Of a stretch of 64,000 nt of DNA, positions 1 to 10,110 are shown piece after piece (the stretch's first letter is position 1; every line of letters begins with the position of its first letter). The notes beneath the pieces were generated by a model that was not told where the DNA came from, did not search any database, and saw nothing but the letters and a program-made list of their open reading frames with translations. Origin of the DNA: Thecamonas trahens ATCC 50062 (lineage: Eukaryota; Protista; Apusomonadida); NCBI RefSeq assembly GCF_000142905.1, contig NW_013657672.1, forward strand, positions 1 through 64,000, read 5' to 3'. The position numbers and the translations under genes are program-made.

Positions 1-600
1 TCATCCTCCTCCCTCTCCCCGCCTCCATCTGACCCGCATCCTCATCCCCGACTCCGATACCCACACCCCTCAATCATCACAAGTCATGCTGCCCAATCTT
101 CAACCAACAGCAATCTCAAGTCAATCAGCCTCGACACCGCCCCCTCAGCTGCTCCGCCTCGCCGACCACCAGCCGCCAGCCGCCGCCCGCTCGCCCGATC
201 AGCCCACCTTCATCACCACCTAGCTCCTTCCCACTACTAGCTACGCAACCCGCGACCACACCCAAGGTCATCACTCGCCATGCACTATCACCAGTATCAA
301 TATCGCTGTCATCGACACCCATCGACCTCGGCTCATTTCCGCGTCGGCTTGTTTTGCCTAGGCGGTTGAGCACGTCCTCGACCGCCCGACCCCGCACATG
401 CCCCCCACCACACTCATTGCAAGATATGCCCAATCTGATTTCACTACTACCCTATTACATACACACACTACCCCCATGCACAGTCTCCAATCCATAGCTG
501 CAGTATTCCAGAATCCGAGTTCTGCCACCCGAGGCCCAAGTTGTTGGCCCTGTGTCCCTTCGAAGGTGCTGACCCCTCCTCCCCGGGCCCATCTCCGACC
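1..600. repeat. Diverged direct repeat, copy 1 (pairs with ~1435-2040; truncated by the window edge)
   Basis: Colinear shared blocks at ~1440 bp offset: cgcccgctcgcccgatcagcccacc, ggttgagcacgtcctc, caatctgattt, gagttctgYcacccgaggcc. Confidence 0.85.
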
Positions 601-1434
601 CCCACTCCCCACCATCACACCCACAACCACCACACCCGCGCCACACGTACTCACTATGCCTGCAAACATAACCACCCACTTCCTGCCCGCCGATACGCAC
701 ATCAGTCGACGCCAACCCGTCAACAGCATCGCTGTCGACCGCCTGCTGCTCACCGCCGACCGCCGCCCGCCGCCGACCGACCACCGCCGGCACCACCGAG
801 AGCTAGCTAGCCATTGTCAGGACATTGGAGACGATGCATAGAGATAGCCACGGCAATGGCAATGACTACAAGTCTGCTCTCCAACCCAGTCCTCCCCTCC
901 CTCCTCCGGCCTTGCCCATCACAGTCCCCGCCGGCCTGCTCATCGCCAGCCGCCCCTGCTGCCGATCACCGAGCCAGACGACGAGACCTCCGGACTGGCC
1001 AAGACAAGGAATAACAAGAGAGGGCCAGTGCAATCGATAGGTAATGCAGTGGCCGGCTAAAGTGCAGTTGGCTGCTTCCCCCGCCATCTCAAGCCATCGT
1101 CTCCATCGACGTCCATCAATCCCATCCGTCCGCCCTCCTCGCCCTCGCCACCCAAGCCCATCCACCCTCATTGCCCACACTCCACACCCACCCATCATCC
1201 TCATCCAACTCGCCCACATCAATGCTCAAGCCCAATCGCCATACCCACCATCCCTTCGCCCTTCCCACCGCCCACGACCCCCTCATCCCCCCTACCATAC
1301 TCATTGCGCCCGATCACCCACCAACCACCACCCTCACCGCCTACTCCACCACCACCACTCTCATTTCAACCACAACTACCACCCCCATGCCATGGCCATA
1401 CCCACCACCATCCCATCACGCACTCGGCTTCCTC

Positions 1435-2040
1435 TTCCTCCTCCTTCTCCTCCTCTCCCCGCTCCAACAAACCCCCATCCTCATTTCCGACTACGACACC
1501 GCCATCCTTCAACCATCACATGCCATACTGCCCATCGTCCAACCAACAGCAGTCTTAAGCCACCCAGCCCCGATCCCGCCCCCTCAGCTGTCCCTGCCTT
1601 GCCGGGCACCAGCCGCCAACCATCGCCCGCTCGCCCGATCAGCCCACCGTCATCACTACCTAGCTCCCACCCACTACCAGCTACGCTACCCACGACCACA
1701 CTCCCGGTCATCAGACACCCCACACTAGATCCAGTACCATTATCGCTGTCATCCATACCATCTTTCTCGACTCACTTTCGCGGCGACTTGTTTGCCCTAG
1801 GTGGTTGAGCACGTCCTCTCCCGCTCCACCCCGCACACGCCCCCCACCATCCTAATTGCACGCATAGCCAATCTGATTTTAAAACTATCTCACTGCATGC
1901 ACACATTATCCATATTCATAGTATCCAACTCACAGCTCCGATATTCTGGAATTTGAGTTCTGTCACCCGAGGCCGAAGTGGTTAGCCTGGTGTCGCCTCG
2001 CTGCTGCGCAGCCCCTCCTCCCTAAGCCCGTCTCCGAGAC
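1435..2040. repeat. Diverged direct repeat, copy 2
   Basis: Same blocks in the same order as 1-600, with many substitutions and small indels. Confidence 0.85.
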
Positions 2041-2234
2041 CGGCTCAGGCCCGGCCTTGTTCAGTGCTAGACGACGCTCTTGCCAACAATACATGCCAGT
2101 TCGTCCGTGCGCTTGAACCCCACCAGAGTGGCTCGAACACGTACATCGTGGCCCTGACCTTGGGCCCCACGCCTACCATTCGCTCGCGGAGATTGTCTAC
2201 CGCCTCAGCAGTGACGGCGCCCTTTTCTTCCCTT

Positions 2235-3353
2235 CTACTTAGCCCACCCGGGCGGAATCGCCTCCCACTCGCGACGCAGCCCGGCCACGTCGAGTCCGAC
2301 ACGGTGTGCGTGAAGCGCCAGCCGCGCAGGTGCAAACATGCGCTGCGGCACATCCGCGACAAGCGCCTCACCTTGACTGCTACCTCCCGAGGACGCACAG
2401 ACGGGACAGGCGCCAACAACCGAGGCATCGGCGCTCGCGCTCGCAAAGTATCCTTGATCTTGCAGTTGAGCGACGTGTGCAACAGCGACATCAGGCGCTA
2501 CGCTCTCCTCGCGCCCGTAGAGATGATCACCCACGATAGCGCTGCCCACCTCTTGCGCGAGATGAACACGGATCTGGTGGGTCCGGCCTGTGATGGGCCT
2601 GGCTCGCACGAGGCCACGTCGGCGGTCAACAACTTCAAACTCGGTCCGTGCCTCGCGTCCGCCCTGTCCTGTCCGCCGGACGTAGTCAGCGCCGGTCGGC
2701 TCGAGGATCGGGGCATTGATGACAAACTGTTGCTCAAACGGCAGAAGGGCAGGATCTTCCACTTGTGCAAGGTACTCTTTGGACGTCACTGCTCCCGAAT
2801 GTTTCCGGAAGGAGGCATGGAGCTCCCGTGCGACGTTGACCGTCCTGGCAAGCACAATCACGCCCGACGTCGGTGCATCGAGCCGATGCACCGGATGCAG
2901 TTTGCCGAACTCCTCCTCCAGCAGCGTCGTCACCGTGCACCGAGAGTACCGGCCCGTCGGGTGAACAGGCATGCCGCGCGGCTTGTTGACCACCACCACG
3001 CCACCATCCGCGTCGATGACTTCGATCGGTGCCGGCTCTGCCGCGTCTCCGGGCAGTGCGATCGGGAGCTCGTGAACATGTCGTGAGTGGAACAGCACAT
3101 CGTGCGGTCGGACAACAAGATCACCACCAGGTGCCACAGCACAACCATCGCGCACCAGCCCCAGTCGGCCGTCCGCCACAGCTGCGGTGGCATACTCCTC
3201 CGAGTAGCTCCGGAACTCGGTCGAGATGACCTCGACGAGCTCCCGCCCAAACCACCTCCCGCGTGCATTGGCTCTCAAACATGCCACATACGGTGCCATC
3301 CATACCAGTGCATGCTCGCCCACACGCGTCACAAAGTGCGGATACCGCCACAT
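2235..3353 (-). CDS. RluA-family pseudouridine synthase (RPUSD2/Rib2-like)
   Basis: Motifs VVNKPRGMPVHP, catalytic VHRLDAPTSG, KEYLA and PITGRTHQIRVHL. N-terminus has the eukaryotic RGRWFGRELVEVISTEFR segment. Confidence 0.92.
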   Translation of the reverse strand: MWRYPHFVTRVGEHALVWMAPYVACLRANARGRWFGRELVEVISTEFRSYSEEYATAAVADGRLGLVRDGCAVAPGGDLVVRPHDVLFHSRHVHELPIALPGDAAEPAPIEVIDADGGVVVVNKPRGMPVHPTGRYSRCTVTTLLEEEFGKLHPVHRLDAPTSGVIVLARTVNVARELHASFRKHSGAVTSKEYLAQVEDPALLPFEQQFVINAPILEPTGADYVRRTGQGGREARTEFEVVDRRRGLVRARPITGRTHQIRVHLAQEVGSAIVGDHLYGREESVAPDVAVAHVAQLQDQGYFASASADASVVGACPVCASSGGSSQGEALVADVPQRMFAPARLALHAHRVGLDVAGLRREWEAIPPGWAK

Positions 3354-3542
3354 CTCCCGTCACTACCCCGCTTCTCCGCCTGTCCTCCAATCGAGAGCTG
3401 TGTGCGAGCGGGAGTGGGAGAGCAACAAACGAGGCCACAGAGCGTGCAATTGCCACACCACCACCACCACCCACCAACCGCCCTACACACCCACGCCCAC
3501 GCCCACGCCTCTCTACTCCCTCCTCTCCACCTTTGCTCCGCC

Positions 3543-4341
3543 ATGGACGAAGATACACTCCACCTTGTGGCGTGTGCCCTTTCGGGCCTTGCCTCCTTTT
3601 CCTTCATCCTCACCTACATTGTACGCACATGCCATGTCCCCCCCCCCCCCTTCCCCCCCCGTTCCGCCTTCCATTCCTCACTGCCACACTCATTCGCATC
3701 CTTGCTGCTGGACGCAGATCCTGACGGTGCAAGCGAGCAACACCGCAACAAACAATGCGAACAATGGCAACAGCTCGTCGTCTGATGATAATGAAGGTGT
3801 CTCGGCAGCTGCTAGGGTGGTCTTTCTCGTCCTCGGCATCGTCCTCGGCTCGCTCTCGTGCGCCATCTACAAGCGCTATCGCAACACCTTTGCCTCCACC
3901 AGGCGGAGCCGTCGCAATACTCTGCTCAATCCGGGTGCGCAACCGACGTATGCTGCCGGTCCGCGTGCGCCGCCGGCGTTCAACACCCCAGCGCCGCACG
4001 TCCAGAACCCGGCGCCGTACGTCGTGCCGTACAACCCGCCACGGGTGTCTGGCACGCCACCACCGCCGCAGTCCAACTACGCCCCGCCGCCGCCGTCTTC
4101 GTTGGGCTACGGCCCTCCACCGACAGCCTCACGCGGCGCTGTTCCTCCAGTGTACGGGGGGTCGGTGCCGCCATCGTTTGGTGGCGCAGGTGGCTACCAG
4201 CCACCGCCAGTCACCCACGCCCCGCCGCAGCACCCGCAGACCAAGCCACCGCCGATGCCCTCTGCCCCGCCGCCGGCGCCTGCAGTTCCACCCGCGCCTG
4301 CGCCCGACATGCCGCCGCCGCTCTATTCCACTACCGAGTGA
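3543..4341 (+). CDS. Small membrane protein with a proline-rich tail carrying PPxY motifs (exons 3543-3620, 3718-4341)
   Basis: ATG at 3543; phase-0 intron gtacgc...gacgcag (3621-3717) joins the frames. Two hydrophobic segments, a KRYR stop-transfer, then a Pro-rich tail with PPVY and PPLY. Confidence 0.7.
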
Positions 4342-4383
4342 GTCCTTTACAAGCCGTACAACCTCTGCGATGTATTGGCATCG

Positions 4384-5223
4384 CTACTCGAGACAGTACA
4401 CCTTGGCGCAGATGTCCGTCCGCGACACAAGACGGACAATGTCACGACTCCGCGCCTGCGGAGAGATCCAGTAACAGTTGTTTCCAACCACCACACTACC
4501 GGACGAGAGAAGACGGTCGACGACCGCGGCGTTCCCGTTGAACACCGCGCCGCGGAGTGCCACGTTGTTGCTCGCCCCGGCATCTACGCCCGGGTGGCCC
4601 AGCAAGGCCGTCACCACGTCGGCGTGCCCGGCCTCGGCCGCGAGCCGGAGCGCACAGTTGGAGTCCACGCCCGGATCGACCTCGTTGCGCCCGAGCAGGA
4701 GCGCCACCACGCCCACGTGGCCCTCGCGGCTGGCCCCGATTATGGCTGCGTTGCCATCGGCTGCAGCATCTACATCACCGCGCGACAGCAAGTATCGCAC
4801 TCCGTCTTCCGCCCCGTGCCGAGCAAGAACCGCTACCAGCGGCTGCGGCCTCCCGCGGTCCACCCGGATCGCCCGTCGGAGCACCTCGGGCTGCCGCGCC
4901 ACCACCGCGCCAAGGAGCTGCGACCACAGCGGATGCCGCGGGAACCGGACCATGACGTTCACCATCTCCAGCGCGTCTGCTACTTCCAGCCGCTTTCGCT
5001 TCGAGAGGGCAAGAAGTGCCGCGCCCCATGCTGCTCGCTGTGTACACCATATCGCGCCGCGGAGCGCAAGCACTTTGCGCCTCATGAACGCGCTGCCGAG
5101 GAGGACCGCGTGGAAGCCTTTGGACGTCAGCGCCAGCGCAACCACGTCGCATGCCTGTAGCACACCCACTTCACAAGCTATTCTGCACACAATCTCGGCA
5201 GGAAGCCGTGAGAGCGACGCCAT
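4384..5223 (-). CDS. Ankyrin-repeat protein with an N-terminal F-box-like motif
   Basis: LSRLPAEIVCRIA F-box-like start, then ankyrin repeats (AIIGASREGHVGVVALLL, ALRLAAEAGHADVVTALL, ALRGAVFNGNAAVVDRLL). First ATG of the ORF is used; the ORF is open to 5367. Confidence 0.8.
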   Translation of the reverse strand: MASLSRLPAEIVCRIACEVGVLQACDVVALALTSKGFHAVLLGSAFMRRKVLALRGAIWCTQRAAWGAALLALSKRKRLEVADALEMVNVMVRFPRHPLWSQLLGAVVARQPEVLRRAIRVDRGRPQPLVAVLARHGAEDGVRYLLSRGDVDAAADGNAAIIGASREGHVGVVALLLGRNEVDPGVDSNCALRLAAEAGHADVVTALLGHPGVDAGASNNVALRGAVFNGNAAVVDRLLSSGSVVVGNNCYWISPQARSRDIVRLVSRTDICAKVYCLE

Positions 5224-5399
5224 CCCTGTCTGTCCTTGTAGGGCGCGACGAGTGGCTTGCCATATTGGCAGCAAGTACTGTTGGCGCACGCGCTTTGACT
5301 CGGCGCCGACAAAAATTGACCATATGTCGCAGTGCGGCAATACGCCGGGACAATAACGCTCCACCACACCCCGGACAAGCTATGTGTTTGTCTCTTGTC

Positions 5400-6383
5400 T
5401 TATGACTCCCAGAACTGGTAGTTAACGCCCACAATCGGCACAAGGAGTGTGAGAATGATGCGGAGAATATAGACCGTGACGTACACTCGCGAGTCGGTGA
5501 TCCAGTACGAGCACGAGCCCGGCAGCCGACCAAAGATGCCGATCGAGTACAGGTCCCAGAAGAAGGCCAGAACTGCCGAGGCTGTGTAGAGCGCGATGAG
5601 TGACCGCAACTTTCGCCGCTTGGCACGCAGCCGCCTTGCCACTCCACCATCAGCATTGATGGTCGAGGTGCCCGGCGTGAGTGGCGTTGTCTCTGCCAAG
5701 TCGCGCCGCTTAGCCCGCTGCTCCATCCGCGCCAGCCGGCGCGACACCACCGTGGCCAGGCCAAAGAAAACTCCACACGAGACCAGGCCGGCCGTCGACA
5801 TCAGCGTCCACGACAGCGACCGACAGTCCGCCGAGTGGTTCAGCACCGACGAGAGCGCAATGATCAAGACTACGATTTCGCCGAGGCCGAGGACCACAAA
5901 GCACCGCGAGATGAGCACCACCGTCGTCGACGAGACAAAGACCCTCCGCGAGAAGATGAGAAAGACGTATGTGACGCCAAACGGAATGACAATGTTGATA
6001 AAGACCACAACCTTGTCGAGCACTACGTTCGAATCTCTGCCAACCACCGTAGCAAAGCGGATCACAAGCAGCAGTGACTGGAAGGCCGCCAGCCCGAGGA
6101 GCCCGAGCTGATGCGCAACGGCTCCGAGCCCTTTCTTCGCCACATGCTTCCGTACTTTCCACACCATGTTACACATGCAAAGAAGCAAGCATGCAGCAGA
6201 CAACGTCAGGCACAGGCTCACCCGTGTGCACTCGGACGACCCGTTCTTGCCTGCCTGGTGCGTGCACGACGGCGACGGGCCAAACACCGCAAACGTCCGC
6301 GAATGCTGCCCTCCAGAGTGTGGCCGCGTCGCGTTCCCTACGCCCTCCACCACATGCGGAAGGCCAAAGCCATCTCCCCACAT
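5400..6383 (-). CDS. Putative seven-transmembrane (GPCR-like) protein
   Basis: Seven hydrophobic stretches, a long basic loop between TM5 and TM6, and Cys in the predicted outer loops. Start codon uncertain. Confidence 0.65.
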   Translation of the reverse strand: MWGDGFGLPHVVEGVGNATRPHSGGQHSRTFAVFGPSPSCTHQAGKNGSSECTRVSLCLTLSAACLLLCMCNMVWKVRKHVAKKGLGAVAHQLGLLGLAAFQSLLLVIRFATVVGRDSNVVLDKVVVFINIVIPFGVTYVFLIFSRRVFVSSTTVVLISRCFVVLGLGEIVVLIIALSSVLNHSADCRSLSWTLMSTAGLVSCGVFFGLATVVSRRLARMEQRAKRRDLAETTPLTPGTSTINADGGVARRLRAKRRKLRSLIALYTASAVLAFFWDLYSIGIFGRLPGSCSYWITDSRVYVTVYILRIILTLLVPIVGVNYQFWES

Positions 6384-6517
6384 GTTCCTTGCTCTTCGCC
6401 TGTTGCCTCAACTCCGAGAGTGGGGTGATGTCGTGGCCAGGCCGCCGGTTGGTGGGCGCCGCTCCTCACGCAGCCGGACGCAGCAAATTGTCGGCGTCGC
6501 CTTTACAGTGCCGCCAA

Positions 6518-8013
6518 CTACAGCATCTCATCCCAAGTAAACGCCAGCTCCTGCCGGTGCTCGCTGCACTGCATGATCTGGCCCACACCGCAGTTACCAA
6601 ACATCCACCACACGTGGTGCATCGAGGCAACCTGGAACACAGTGTTGCTCATGGCAGAGCCGCACACGCCGCACAATACCGGCTCGGCGCCCGGTGGCCG
6701 AAGCGGAAACCCGCCAAGCTTGTCGCACGGCGAGACCGTCTTGATCAGCATCTCACTTGGCTCGATCCTTGCCTCGTCCGCTGCGTCAGCCGCGCGGATC
6801 GCCTCGAGATATCCCGCCGGCAGCGGCGGCAGCCCGCGCTCCTTGGGATGCCGTTTGCGCAGGATCGCATTGCGCGAGAGTAGTGGAAGATGCGGCATTG
6901 TGAGCTTCTTCTCGGCCTGCGTGAGCCCGGCTGCGGCCACAAACACGTCGTAGTACGGAACGCGTGCTCCGATCGGTCCGCCCGAGTGCCACCACTCGCC
7001 GATGTCCTCGGCAAAGCCCTCCCAGTCCAGAATTTCGATGCGGGTAAAGTCCGATTCGCCCCGCCCCCGTCTTCCTCGCCGCGTGCATACTCGTCCGCAG
7101 TCACCCAAGCCATCCGTGCCTCGGCGGCACCAGACTGGGGGTGGGAGCAATCACATCCGCCCGTCGAGCAGATGAACAGCTGAACGAGCGGCACATTTCC
7201 GCCGCCGCCAGCATCACGCCGCGGCTCAAACCGGTTACGCGCACCTGCAGGCATTTCTGGCACAGCGAGCTGGACAACTAGCACCATGCTCCCACCACAC
7301 ATTCGGCAGAGCGGCTGTGGGCCCCATCCGCGCCCGCCAAAGTGAGACCACCGCGCGGGCACGTTTTCGGCCACCACCGCAGCATATGCAATCCGGCGCA
7401 CCGTCCCACCAGCACCCATCACCACCTCATTAAGCGCATACACGTTCTTCCAGTCGAGTCCTGCTTCGCCACACCGCGCGATGACCGCGTCGACGTTGCC
7501 CGCGCCAAACGCCGCTCGTGCCCGCCGGTACCACAGATACGGATCGCGCTCCACCTCGCACAGCCGCCGGCAGACAAGCCGAAGCGCGGCGAGATCGCAC
7601 GGCCCAAGCCGCTGCATGACGTTGATCAAAACCTCGTTGGGGAGCTCCAGGAGCAGTGAGCTCGTCTCCTCGTCGCCGTCTCCTGCCGGCCGTAGCAGCC
7701 GCGCGGCCGGGCGCGATGTCGTCCCGTTGCTCCGCACCGCTGCTAATCGCGACTCGGTCCGCTTACATCGCTCGATCTCTTCCGGCGTGAGCCGCACGCC
7801 CAGCTCGTCGACCCACACACAACTCTGCCACCATCGCCGCTGCGTCTCGTACCACCGAGCCCGCATGTCGTCGCCAAGCCCGCCGCCCGGGGCGGGCACC
7901 TGATGTAGCTTCCGCCGACGCCCCGGCCACGCCCACGCCGTCATCACCGCAAGCGTCACTCCTGTTCCAACTGCAAGCCATTCGACAGAGACTGTGCTCT
8001 GGATGAGCTCCAT
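6518..8013 (-). CDS. F-box protein with an N-terminal anchor and a C-terminal DUF1963/YwqG-like domain; frameshift near 7060
   Basis: F-box LLELPNEVLINVMQRL..CDLAALRLVCRR. Then SHFGG..PLCRMCGGSMVLVVQL..LVQLFIC, and after a frameshift in a G-run, DKLGGFP..CGVCGSAM..VFQVAS..MFGNCGVGQIMQCSEH..LAFTW. Confidence 0.75.
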
Positions 8014-8156
8014 GTCGGTGAAAGGGGGGACGGCGAGTGGGAGAGGTGTGCCAAATATGGAACATGTGTTCGGCACCAGCTAGGGCTATACGACTCTCGC
8101 TGGAGTGAAAAGAACAATGCTTCCCAGGCAGACCAGCATGGGGGGGGGGGGCGTTT

Positions 8157-9136
8157 TTACTGGAAGATGGCCCACGGATCGGCGGCATCCTTGGCACCAG
8201 TGGATGCGTCCGCAGTCGATGGTGCAGGTGCCGTCGGCGAGGCAAACGCACCCCAGTCGATGGCGGCGGCGCCTGCGGAGGTCGTCGGCGCGCCGAGAGC
8301 CGCAAACGGATCGGGGGCGGCCGCATCGGCTGTAGCAGGTGCAGCAGCCGCTGGTGCAGCAGCAGGTGCAGCCGCCGCTGTCGCCGTTGTCCCGCGCGAG
8401 CCTCGTCTCCGCGACGATGCGCCAGTCGGCGGCGGCGGGAGTAGAGCGCCAAGGCCGCCACCACTGGACGCGGTCGTTGCAGCGCCGCGCTGGCCGCCGG
8501 CCACGCCGGTCGTCACCGCCGCGCCGCGGCGTGCTGTCGGCTTGTGGCGCAGCGAGACCTTGATCGTCTGACCCTCTTTGAGCGAGTAGTCCTTGGACGG
8601 CTCGCGCGGAGCGGTCGCGATCTTCTTCTTGTTCTCCACCCACGACTTGTGATCGTTGAGCGTGAGGTTAAAGTCAAACGCGTGGTTCCGGTCCTGGAAT
8701 CCGATGCCAATGAACGCGTGCTTGCCCGACGCAGCGTCGACAATACGGAGAACAAAGTACCTCGACGAGTCGATAGCCGGCTCGACCGCGCCGTCGACCA
8801 CCGGCGCCTCGGCAAACGTCGTCAACCCGTCCTCCTCCACCAGCCGCACCGTCGCCGCGTCACCCACCGCAACCACCTTGAGCATCCCCATCCACAGCCA
8901 ATGCTCCAGGTCCCATGACTTGGCCCTATACCCCGTGACCAACCAGCCGCGCCGGTAAGTTCTGCCCCCCTTCCCCCCCCCCCCCCCCCCCCCCTCCCCC
9001 CCCCCTCCCCACCACAACCTTCCCACCTCCCCCACCTCCGAGCATACCGGTATCCCTGGTTCGTCTTCTTGCCGTTCACGTCATACACAAAGCACTGCTC
9101 GAGCACAAGGAGCGTTCGCTCAAAGCCGTCGTCCAT
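8157..9136 (-). CDS. NECAP: Adaptin ear-binding coat-associated protein (exons 9136-9048, 8925-8157)
   Basis: PHear domain (GYRAKSW, VEPAIDSSRYFVLRI, HAFIGIGFQDRNHAFDFN), DYSLKEGQTIKV and WxxF motifs. Intron gtatgc...tatag at 9047-8926. Confidence 0.93.
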
Positions 9137-9527
9137 GCTTGCTCTGCTGAGAGTTGTGTGCCTGTGAGTCTCCTTGCTGCCTGCTGTCAACACCGAGGCT
9201 TGCGCCGTCTCCAGACGAGACGCGGCTACGAGTCACAGCTGCTTCCGCCATGACGACCGACTATGTACGCGCTACTCCCTGTGGTCTGACATCACAGCAA
9301 GGTGTATGGGCTGGTGATGTGAGTTGCCATCAGCCGTACGCTATCAGCCTTGTTTACCTGTGGCTGAGGAGAGGAGCAAGTTCCGGGCGCATAACCATCG
9401 CCGTCGCACACCATCGTCGCACAGCATCATCGCACAGCACCGTCGATCGCAACCAACGCCATCTGTCGCTGTCGTCGACGCATATCAAAGGTCTTCCTGT
9501 GTCACCCACGTCACCGCCATGGCCACG

Positions 9528-9968
9528 TCACTCGGCCGCCGTAGCAGACGCACCCGCAGATGCACCCGCAGGCGCAGCCAGGCCGAGATGAGCATCGATG
9601 CAAGCCATGACAGCCCTAAAGATCGACGGATGGTCGTCAAGAATAGCAAGCATGGCGACCACGGGCCGGTTGTCGCGCTTGCCGAACCGCTCCATCAGCC
9701 CCCGGGCGTAGACGCCATCGATGAGGCCAGCCTCTCCACGCCGGCCAAGCAGGGTATTCAAGCTGTACGTCGGCTCCTTGCCGTCGAGACACAGATCCTT
9801 CTTGGCCTCAATGACCGTACCCAGTCGGTTGTTCTGTGTCACCATAACCACCACCTTGTCGGTGTAGACGTTGACGACCACGTTACTCGCCTTCCGCCCC
9901 TCCACCTCCACCTGGGTGTTGAGCTCCCGCACACCTCCGCCTGCTGCGCTCGCTCCGCCTGTCTCCAT
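9528..9968 (-). CDS. PSMG3: Proteasome assembly chaperone 3
   Basis: 146 aa with the PAC3 pattern VYTDKVVVMVTQNNRLGT...TLLGRR...VYARGL. Confidence 0.8.
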   Translation of the reverse strand: METGGASAAGGGVRELNTQVEVEGRKASNVVVNVYTDKVVVMVTQNNRLGTVIEAKKDLCLDGKEPTYSLNTLLGRRGEAGLIDGVYARGLMERFGKRDNRPVVAMLAILDDHPSIFRAVMACIDAHLGLAAPAGASAGASATAAE

Positions 9969-10110
9969 CTCCCTCTGTCTGTATTCTTCTCACGCACTCG
10001 GCTGGCGCACAACAAGACAAGCGTAGCGTATTGCTGCTGCTCCTCCTCCTCCTCCCCCCTCCTGTCGTCGTCGACATTGTGACTCGCGCCGTCCCTCCAC
10101 TCACGCCGAG

